From Antedon mediterranea (lineage: Eukaryota > Animalia > Echinodermata): a stretch of DNA of 64,000 nt. Position numbers and translations under genes: made by a program. The DNA lies in the NCBI RefSeq assembly GCF_964355755.1, contig NC_092677.1, positions 28,507,175 to 28,571,174 on the forward strand. The letters run 5' to 3'. Below the pieces are notes generated by a model that saw only the letters and a program-made list of their open reading frames with translations, ran no database searches and was not told the origin of the DNA. Positions 53,701-64,000 of the stretch are shown in pieces (the stretch's first letter is position 1; each line of letters starts with the position of its first letter).

Positions 53701-55705
53701 GGAACTACTCGGAACTACTCGTCAATATTCGGAACTACTTGGAAATACTCGGAAATACTCGTAACTTATCGGAACTACTCGAAACTACTCGGAACTACAC
53801 GGAACTACTCGGAACTTCTCGGACCCACTTGAAACTTCTTGGAACTTCTCGGAACTACTTGTCATTAATCAGAACTACTCGGAACTAACTAATCTGAATT
53901 AATCTGAACTACTCGGAACTACTCGGAACTACTCGGAACTACTCGGAACTACTCGGAACTTCTCGGAACTACTCGGAAATACTCGGAAATACTCGGAACT
54001 TATCGGAACTTATCGGAACTACTCGAAAATACTCGGAACTATTCGGAACTACTAGGAACTACTTGGAACTACTCGGAACTAAACTGAACTACTCGGAACT
54101 ACTCGAAACTACTCGGAACTTCTCAGAAATATTTGGAACTACTCTGAACTAACTAATCTGAACAAAACTTAACTACTCGGAACTACTCGGAACTTCTCAT
54201 AAATATTTGGAAGTACTCTGAACTAACTAATATGAACTAATCTGAACTACTCGGAACTACTGGGAACTACTCGGAACTACTCGGAAATACTGGGAAATAC
54301 TCGGAAATACTCTGAACTACTTTGAACTACTCTGAACTACTCTAAACTGCTCGGAACTACTCGGTACTACTCGGAACTACTCGTCATTATTCGGAACTAC
54401 TCGGAACTACTCGGAAATACTCTGAACTACTCGGAACTACTCGGAACGACTCGGAAATACTCGGAACAACTCGGAAATACTCGGAACGACTCGGAACTAC
54501 TCGGGACTTATCGGAACTACTCGGGACTTCTCGGAAGTACTCGGAACTACACAGAACTACACGGAACTACTCGGAACTACTCGTCAATATTCGGAACTAT
54601 TTGGAACTACTCGGAATTACTCGGAACAACTCGGAACTACTCGGGACTACTCTGGACTTCTTGGATCTCCTCGAAACTACTCGGAACTTCTCGGAACTTC
54701 TCGGAACTTTTCGATACTACTCGGAACTACTCGGAACTTCTTGGAACTAATCGTCACTACTCGTCGCTACTCGGAAGAACTTGGAACTACACGGAACTAC
54801 TCAGAACTACTCGAAACTACTCGAAACTACTCGGAACTACTCGTCAATATTCGTAACTACTTGGAAATACTCGGAAATACCCGTAACTTATCGGAACTAC
54901 TCGAAACTACTCGGAACTACACGGAACTACTCGGAACGTCTCGGACCCACTCGAAACTTCTTGGAACTTCTCAGAACTACTTGTCACTATTCGGAACTAG
55001 TCGGAACTACTCGCAAATACTCGGAACTTATCAGAACTTCTCTGAACTTCTCGGAAATACTGGAAAATATTCGGTAATATTCGGTAATACTCGGAACTAC
55101 TCGGAACTACTCGGAACTACTCGGAACTTCTCGTCACTACTCGTCACTACTTGGAACTACTCGGAACTTCTCGCAACTTCTCGCAACTACTCGGAACTAC
55201 TCTTATCTGAACTAATCTTAACTACTCGGAAATACTCGGAAGTACTTGGAAGTACTTAGAACTACACATAACTACTTGGAACTACTTGGAACTTCTCGTT
55301 ACTTCTCGTCACTACTCGGAACTACTCGAAACTTTTCGGAACTACTCGGGACTACTCGGAACTACTCAGAACTTCTCGGAACAACTCGGAACTACTCGGG
55401 ACTACTCTGGATTTCTGGGAACTCCTCGTAACTTCTCGGAACTGGTCGTCATTATTTGGAACTAGTCGGAACTACTCGGAAATACTCGGAACTTATCGGA
55501 AATACTCGGAAATATTCGGTAATATTCGGTAATACTCGGAACTACTCGGAACTTCTCGGCACTGCTCGGAACTACTCGGAACTTCTCGGAACTTCTCGGA
55601 ACTACTCTAATCTGAACTACTCGGAACTACTCGGAACTACTCAGAACTACTAGGAAATACTCGGAAATACTCAGAACTTCTCGGAACTACTTGGAAGTAC
55701 TTGGA

Positions 55706-56023
55706 TTGATTGAAATTTATATTTATACTGGGTAACCTCTTCAGTCCAAGACTGGTCTCCCAGAGGGCCCAGTTGGTGATCAGTGGCTGTGATGTACTAA
55801 TACACCAGGGTAACCCACTACTCGTCTCGAAAGATGTACTAGGTTCTTTAAAGTGCACACGCTCGAGCTAGATGTGTACACTGGACCTACGGTTTATAGT
55901 CCTTATCCGAGAAGACTCGTTTTACCACCAGAACCATGGAGTGAGTGATCCTCGAACCCTTGCCGATGTTATGGCTACTTAATTACGGTTCCACTGTCTT
56001 AACCGCTCGGCCACTCACTCACT
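55706..56023 (-). mobile_element. tRNA-derived Deu/Nin-domain SINE, copy 2
   Basis: Same element and satellite flanks as copy 1, with several substitutions and a 4-bp insertion. Confidence 0.88.
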
Positions 56024-56760
56024 CTTGGAAGTACTCAGAACTACACGGAACTACTTGGAACTTCTTGTTACTTCTCGTCACTACTCGGAACTACTCGGAA
56101 CTACTCGAAACTTCTTGGAACTACTCCCCAATATTCGGAACTACTCGGAACAACTCGGAACTACTCGGGACTACTCTGGACTTCTCGGAACTCCTCGTAA
56201 CTTATCGGAACTCCTCGGAACTTCTCGATACTACTCGGAACTTCTCGGAACTACTCGGAACTACTCGACGCCACTCGGAACTGCTCTGAACTACTCGGAA
56301 ATACTCGGAACTTATCAGAACTACACGGAACTACTCGTAACTACTCGTAACCACTCGTAACTACTCGGAACTTCTCGGAACTACTCTGAACTACTCGGAA
56401 CTTCTCGGCCCTACTCGGAACTACTCGGAACTACTTGGAACTTATTGGAACTTATCGGAAATACTCGGAACTACTCGGAACTTCTCAGAACTTCTCGGAA
56501 CTACTCGTCACTACTCATCACCATTCGGAAGTACTCGGAACTACTCGGAACTATTGTGAACTACTCAGAACTACTCGGAACTTCTCGGAACTCCTCGGAA
56601 CTACTTTCTTTCTTTCTTTATTTCCATTTCCAACAAAAAAGCATAAACATACATAAATATTCATTACAAAAATGAAAGAACGGAAAAGGGGGAATCTCTG
56701 AAGCACAGCTTATAAGTAGAAACCCCATGTTACAAAACAGTATATATATATATATATATA

Positions 56761-56935
56761 TTCCTTCACTTGCACTGATGAAGGGCTAGTGTTGCCTGAA
56801 AGCTCTGCTATCTTTTCTGGCTGTTTTACTTCTCGTTTTGATTTAGCTTTTCGCTTTTAGTTTGTATCTCCATTGAGATCCAGCCACTGATACCCACAGC
56901 ATTGTCATTATTTCAGTAATTTGCCTTTGGATTTA
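56761..56935 (+). mobile_element. Penelope-like pseudo-LTR fragment inserted in (TA)n, copy 1
   Basis: ~175-bp module with (TA)n on both sides, containing a hammerhead core. Confidence 0.65.
56772..56808 (+). ncRNA. Minimal type I hammerhead ribozyme, copy 1
   Basis: GCA-CTGATGA-A-GGGC-tagtgtt-GCCT-GAAA-GCTC-TGC: catalytic core, stem II, palindromic AGCT stem III and stem I GCA/TGC. Confidence 0.75.
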
Positions 56936-59750
56936 TGTATATATATATATTTAAATAGTAACATGAAAAAAGGCACAAAGGCATAGGCAAACAAAAATGC
57001 AAACAATTCTTTTTTTTATCTTAACAACAAAAAAAAGTTTTGTCAGAGAGTAAGATGTTATTGTAAAAAAATACCTGTTTTAATCAGAGTATTGCAAAAG
57101 TAATTTATTTTTGTATTTTATTTAAAAAGTTATAGGATTCTTAAATAGCTTAAGAGTCTCAGGTATATCACGCCAAAGTTCAACCCCTTTACTAACTGAA
57201 CTTAATGATTGTTGAGTGGTTCTTTTAAATTGTGGGTAGAATTGGTGTTTTTGTCGAGTATATTTATCGTGGATAGCTGAGCATAAAATGAAATTTTTTG
57301 AACAATCGCTGGGAGTAAGTTATGAAAAGCTTTATGCATTTAGAGAAACGGTATATACAGTAGTTTATTAAATTATAAAGATCAAGAGTTTTAAAAAAAC
57401 AAAAAATTGGTTTACTTGGACTGGTGTATGGGACTTCCTGAGTCTGAGTGCCTTTTTTGTAATATGTATAAACAATTTAAATTCGTTTTAAAGGTATTAC
57501 CCCAGACTTCACAACAATATGTAAAATAAGGCAAAACTAGTGAATTATATAATTTAAATAAAGCTGATGTATTTAGTAAATGTTTTACTTTATAAATAAT
57601 TCCAATATTTTTAGAAATCTTGGAATGAATATTTTCAATCTGATACTACCAATTTAGTTTTCCATCAATAATAACTCCTAAAAACTTTATTTTATTTACC
57701 CGTTCAATTGCAACACCACTAATAACTAAATGTGTTGGTTCATAATTGTTTTTGCGACTAAAAATAATATACTTTGTCTTACTAAGGTTCAACGTCAATT
57801 TATTTACCTTAAACTAAGTATCAATTTTTTTTACCTTGGAACTACACAGAACTACTCAAAACTACTCGAAACTACTCGGAACTACTTGGAACTACTCGGA
57901 ACTACTCGTCAATATTCGGAACTACTTGGAAATACTCGGAACTTATCGGAACTACTCGGAACTACACGGAACTACACGGAACTACTCGGAACTACACGGA
58001 ACTACTCGGAACTTCTCGAACCCACTCGAAACTTCTCGGAACTACTTGTCATTATTCTGAACTACTCGGAACTACTCGGAACTGGTCGTCACTATTCGGA
58101 ACTAGTCGGAACTACTCGGAAATACTCGGAACTTATCAGAACTTCTCGGAACTTCTCGGAAATACTCGGAAATACTGGGAAATATTCGTTTTATTCGGTA
58201 ATACTCGGAACTACTCGGAACTACTCGGAACTTCTCGGAACTTCTCGTCACTACTCGTCACTACTTGGAACTACTCGGAACTACTCGGAACTTCTCGCAA
58301 CTTCTCCGAACTTCTTGTAACTACTCGGAACTACTCTAATCTGAACTAATCTTAACTACTCGGAACTACTCGAAACTTCTCAGAACTACTCCTCAATATT
58401 CGGAACTACTCGGGACTACTAGGAACTACTTGGGACTACTCGGAACTACTCGGAACTACTCGGGACTACTAGGAACTACTCGGAACTACTCAGAACTACT
58501 CGGAACAACTCTGAACTACTCGGGACTACTCTGGATTTCTCGGAACTCCTCGTAACTTCTCGGAACTGGTCGTTATTATTTGGAACTAGTCGGAACTACT
58601 CAGAAATACTCGGAACTTATCGGAACTTCTCGGAAGTACTTTGAAATACTCAGAAATATTCGGTAATATTCGGGAATACTCAGAACTACTCGGAACTTCT
58701 CGCCACTACTCGTCACTACTCGGCACTACTCGGAACTACTCGGAACTTCTCGGAACTTCTCGGAACTACTCGGAACTACTCTAATCTGAACTACTCGGAA
58801 ATACTCAGAACTTCTCAGAACTACTCGGAAGTACTTGGAAGTACTCAGAACTACACGGAACTACTTGGAACTTCTCGTTACTTCTCGTCACTACTCGGAA
58901 CTACTCGGAACTACTCAAAACTTCTTGGAACTACTCCCCAATATTTGGAACTACTCGGGACTACTCGGAACTACTCGGAACAACTCGGAACTACTCGGGA
59001 CTACTCGGGACTACTCTGGACTTCTCGGAACTCCTCCTATCTTATCGGAACTACTCAGAAATACTCGGAACTTATCGGAACTTCTCGGAAATACTTTGAA
59101 ATACTCAGAAATATTCAGTAATATTCGGGAATACTCAGAACTACTCGGAACTTCTCGCCACTACTCGTCACTACTCGTCACTACTCGTCACTACTCGGCA
59201 CTACTCGGAACTACTCGGAACTTCTCGGAACTACTCTAATCTGAACTAATCTGAACTACTCGGAAATACTCAGAACTTCTCGGAACTACTCGGAAGTACT
59301 TGGAAGTACTCAGAACTACACAGAACTACTTGGAACTTCTCGTTACTTCTCGTCACTACTCGGAACTACTCGAAACTTCTTGGAACTACTCCCCAATATT
59401 CGGAACTACTCGGGACTACTCGGAACTACTCGGAACAATTCGGAACTACTCGGGACTACTCAGGACTACTCTGGACTTCTTGGAACTCCTCGTATCTTAT
59501 CGGAACTTCTCGGAACTTCTCGATACTACTCGGAACTTCTCGGAACTACTCGGAACTACTCGACGCGCGCTACTCGGAACTGATCTGAACTACTCGAAAA
59601 TACTCGGAACTTATCAGAACTACACGGAACTACTCGGAAATACTCGGCAATACTCGGAACTACTCGGAACTACTCGGAACTTATCGGAAATACTCGGAAA
59701 TACTCGGAAATACTCGGAACTACTCAGAACTTCTGGGAACTTCCAACTTC

Positions 59751-59934
59751 TATATATATATATATTCCTTCACTTGCACTGATGAAGGGCTAGTGTTGCC
59801 CGAAAGCTCAGCTAACTTTTCTGGCTGTTTTACTTCTCATTTTGATTTAGCTTTTCGCTTTTATTTTGTATCTCCATTGAGATCCAGCCACTGATACCCA
59901 CAGCAATGTTATTATTTCAGTAATTTGCTTTTGG

Positions 59935-60020
<86 letters not shown>

Positions 60021-60359
60021 ATATGAAAAAAGGCATAGGCAAACAAAAATGCAAACAATTCTTTTTTTTTTATCTTAACAACAAAAAAAAGTTTTCTCAG
60101 AGAGTAAGATGTTATTGTAAAACAATACCTGTTTTAATCAGAGTATTGCAAAAGTAATTTATTTTTGTATTTTATTTAAAAAGTTATAGGATTCTTAAAT
60201 AGCTTAAGAGTCTCAGGTATATCACGCCAAAGTTCAACCCCCTTTACTAACTAAACTTAATGATTGTTGAGTGGTTCTTTTAAATTGTGGGTAGAATTGG
60301 TGTTTTTGTCGAGTAAATTTATCGTGGACAACTGAGCATAAAATAAATTATTTTGAACA
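59751..60359. mobile_element. Partial duplicate of the LINE D / Penelope-like module
   Basis: Matches ~56741-57304, with a much longer downstream (TA)n run (~59938-60017). Confidence 0.9.
59776..59812 (+). ncRNA. Minimal type I hammerhead ribozyme, copy 2
   Basis: GCA-CTGATGA-A-GGGC-tagtgtt-GCCC-GAAA-GCTC-AGC: perfect stem II with a mismatch in stem I. Confidence 0.65.
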
Positions 60360-61770
60360 GACAGACAGCCTAGACAGTTCAGACCAACAGACAGTCTAGA
60401 CAGACACACAGACAGCCTAGACAGTTCAGACAGACAAACAGAAACACAGAGAGTCTAGACAGACAGACAGTCTAGACAGTTCAGACAGACAGACAGACAG
60501 TCTAGACAGACAGACAGTCTAGACAGTTTATAGACAGAGAGACAGACAGTCTAGACAGTTCAGACAGACAGACAGTCTAGAAAGACAGACAGTCTAGACA
60601 GTTCAGACAGACAGACAGACCGTCTAGACAGACAGACAGTCTAGACAGACAGACAGTCTAGACAGTTCAGACAGACATACAGTCTAGACAGACAGACAGT
60701 CTAGACAGTTCAGACAGACAGAGAGTCTAGACAGTTCAGACAGACAGACAGTCTGGACAGACAGACAGACAGTCTAGACAGTTCAGACAGACAGACAGAC
60801 AGTCTAGATAGTCTAGACAGTTCAGACAGACAGACAGTCTAGACAGTTCAGACAGTCTAGACAGACAGACAGACTAGACAGTTCAGACAGACAGACAGTC
60901 TAGACAGACAGTCTAGACAGACAGACGGTCTAGACAGTTCAGACAGACAGATAGTCTAGACAGACAGACAGTCTAGACAGTTTCTAGACAGACAGTCTAG
61001 ACAGACAGACAGACAGTCTAGACAGTTCCGACAGACAGACAGTCTAGACAGAAAGACATTCTAGACAGTTCAGACAGACAGACAGAGTCTATACCTGACA
61101 GACAGTCTAGACAGTTCACACAGACAGACAGTCTAGACAGACAGACAGCCTAGACAGTTCAGACCGACAGACAGTCTAGACAGACAGACAGAGAGCCTAG
61201 ACAGTTCAGACAGACAAACAGACAGACAGAGAGTCTAGACAGACAGAGAGTCTAGACAGTTCAGACAGACAGACAGTCTAGACAGACAGACAGTCTAGAC
61301 AGTTTATAGACAGAGAGACAGACAGTCTAGACAGTTCAGACAGACAGACAGTCTAGACAAAAAGACAGCCTAGACAGTTCAGACAGACAGACAGTCAGTC
61401 TAGACAGACAGACAGTCAGTCTAGACAGTTCAGACAGACAGACCGTCTAGACAGACAGATAGTCTAGACAGACAGACAGTCTAGACAGTTCAGACAGACA
61501 TACAGTCTAGACAGACAGACAGTCTAGACAGTTCAGACAGACAGATAGTCTAGACAGTTCAGACAGACATACAGTCTAGACAGACAGACAGACAGTCTAG
61601 ACAGTTCAGACAGACAGACAGTCTAGACAGTTCAGACAGACAGACAGTCTAGACAGACAGACACTCTAGACAGTTTCTAGACAGAGAGACAGACAGTCTA
61701 GACAGTTCAGACAGACAGACAGACAGACAGACAGTCTAGACAGTTCAGACAGAAAGACAATGTAGACAGA
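60360..61770. repeat. Compound (CAGA)n microsatellite with GTCTAGAC and GTTCAGAC interruptions
   Basis: About 1.4 kb of GACA repeats punctuated by TCTAGA palindromes, with an internal ~780-bp duplication (60361 vs 61141). Confidence 0.95.
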
Positions 61771-64000
61771 CTCGTAACTTCTCGGAACTTCTCGCCACTA
61801 CTCGTTACTACTCGGAACTACTCGAAAATACTCGGAAATACTCGGAACTACTCGGGATTAAACAGAACTACTCGGAACTATTCTGAACTTCTCGGAACTT
61901 CTCGGAACTTCTCGGAAATACTCGGAAATACTCGGAAATACTCAGAACTACTCGGGATTAAACTGAACTACTTGGAACTACTTGGAACTACTTGGAACTA
62001 CTCGGAACTTCTCGGAACTTATCGGGATTAAACAGAACTACTCGGAACTTCTCGGAACTTCTCGGAACTTATCGGAACTTATCGGAACTAACTAATCTGA
62101 ATTAATCTGAACTACTCGGAACTACTCGGAACTACTCGGAACTACTCGGAACTTCTCGGAACTACTCGGAACTACTCGGAAATACTCGGAACTTATCGGA
62201 ACTTATCGGAACTACTCGGAAATACTCGGAACTACTCGGAACTATTAGGAACTACTTGGAACTACTCGGAACTAAACTGAACTACTCAGAACTACTCGAA
62301 ACTACTCAGAACTTCTCAGAAATATTTGGAACTACTCTGAACTAACTAATCTGAACGAAACTTAACTACTACGAACTACTCGGAACTACTCGGAACTTCT
62401 CATAAATATTTGGAAGTACTCTGAACTAACTAATATGAACTAATCTGAACTACTCGGAACTACTGGGAACTATTCGGAACTACTCGGAACTATTCGGAAA
62501 TACTCGGAAATACTCTGAACTACTCGGAACTTCTCGGAACTTCTCGGAACTTTTCAATACTATTCGGAACTACTCGGAACTTCTCGGAACTAATCGTCAC
62601 TACTCGTCGCTACTCGGAAGAACTCGAAACTACACGGAACTACTCAGAACTACTCGAAACTACTCGGAACTACTTGGAACTACTCGGAACTACTCGTCAA
62701 TATTCGGAACTACTTGGAAATACTCGGAAATACTCGTAACTTATCGGAACTACACGGAACTACTCGGAACTACTCGAAACTACTCGGAACTACACGGAAC
62801 TACTCGGAACTTCTCGGACCCACTCGAAACTTCTCGGAACTTCTCGGAACTACTTGTCATTATTCAGAACTACTCGGAACTACTCGGAACTGGTCGTCAC
62901 TATTCGGAACTAGTCGGAACTACTCGGAAATACTCGGAACTTATCAGAACTTTTCGGAAATACTGGGAAATATTCGGTAATATTCGGTAATACTCGGAAC
63001 TACTCGGAACTACTCGGAAGTACTCGGAACTTCTCGTCACTACTCGTCACTACTTGGAACTACTCGGAACTTCTCGGAACTTCTCGTAACTACTCGGAAC
63101 TACTCTTATCTGAACTAATCTTAACTACTCGGAAATACTCGGAAATACTCGGAAATACTTGGAAGTACTTGGAAGTACTCAGAACTACACGGAACTACTT
63201 GGAACTACTCGGAACTTCTCGTTACTTCTCGTCACTACTCGGAACTACTCGAAACTTCTCGGAACTACTCGGGACTACTCGGAACTGCTCGGAACTACTC
63301 GGAACAACTCGGAACTACTCGGGACTACTCTGGATTTCTCGGAACTCCTCGTAACTACTCGGAACCGGTCGTCATTATTTGGAACTAGTCGGAACTACTC
63401 GGAAATACTCGGAACTTATCGGAACCTCTCGGAAATGCTTGGAAATACTCGGAAATATTCGGTAATATTCGGTAATATTCGGTAATACTCGGAACTACTC
63501 GGAACTTCTCGCCACTACTCGTCACTACAAGTCACTTCACTACTCGGAACAACTCGGAACTACTCGGGACTACTCGGGACTTCTCGGAACTCCTCGTAAC
63601 TTATCGGAACTTCTCGTAACTTATCGGAACTTCTCGATACTACTCGGAACTTCTCGGAACTACTCGGAACTAATCGACGCTACTCGGAACTGCTCTGAAC
63701 TACTCGGAAATACTTTGAACTACTCAGAACTACTCGTCATTATTCGGAACTAATCGGAAATACTCGGAACTACTCGAAACTTATTGGAACTTATCGGAAA
63801 TACTCGGAACTACTCGGAACTACTAGGAACTACTCGGAACTACTCGAAACTTCTCAGAAATATTTGGAACTACTCGGAACTACTCTGAACTAACTAATCT
63901 GAACTAAACCGAACTACTCGAAACTATTCGGAAATATTCGGAAATACTTGGAACTATTGGAACTACTCTGAACTTCTCGGAACTACTCTGAACTACTCTG

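Larger units (their letters stand above)
56605..57835 (-). mobile_element. Degenerate 3' fragment of a CR1/L2-group LINE (D)
   Basis: Minus strand near 57480-57530 reads PYFTYCCEVWGNTFKTNL. The 3' end has a stem-loop, AATAAA and an (AAAG)n tail (TTTC repeats at 56605-56620). Confidence 0.85.
12929..64000 (+). repeat. 10-bp satellite array (GGAACTACTC)n with higher-order structure, interrupted by TEs and running off the window end
   Basis: Thousands of same-orientation monomers with recurrent variants (GGAAATACTC, GGAACTTCTC, GGAACTTATC, GAACTAACTAATCT, GTCATTATTC, AGAAATATTT). Confidence 0.99.

Noticed and set aside
56881-56891. CAGCCACTGAT shared between the hammerhead module and the SINE minus strand
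   Set aside because: Only 11 bp with little flanking similarity, compatible with chance.
12371-63485. Dozens of ELLGTTRNYS, EHTRNILGTY and MFRVCSEYVPS repeat ORFs as real genes
   Set aside because: They are direct translations of the 10-bp and 11-bp satellites, mostly with TTG starts created by variants, and overlap in several frames.

Overview
AT-rich animal genomic DNA, probably an invertebrate deuterostome (inferred from the Deu/Nin-domain SINE and TAGGCCTA-rich tracts). It is not prokaryotic. The first ~6.6 kb holds the last four coding exons of the ciliary transition-zone gene TMEM231 (+ strand), whose final intron is a minor-spliceosome (U12, AT-AC) intron. The upstream intron and flanks contain a Harbinger-like element, LINE fragments, a HINE-like element and a TTAA-flanked element. 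From ~12.4 kb to the window end lies a 10-bp satellite (GGAACTACTC) of at least 51 kb with layered higher-order structure, including a near-identical 10.2-kb tandem duplication. It is interrupted by two copies of a Tc2/pogo-type MITE, three + strand CR1/L2-group LINEs (one nested in frame inside another, one with ORF2 broken only in an A9 run), two tRNA-derived Deu/Nin SINE copies, a degenerate minus-strand LINE carrying (TA)n-flanked Penelope-type hammerhead ribozyme modules, and a (CAGA)n/GTCTAGAC repeat block. Nearly all ELLGTTRNYS-type ORFs are translation artefacts of the satellite. I found no convincing wholly new protein-coding system. The strongest leads are the U12 intron, the hammerhead pair, and the satellite and its LINE nest.
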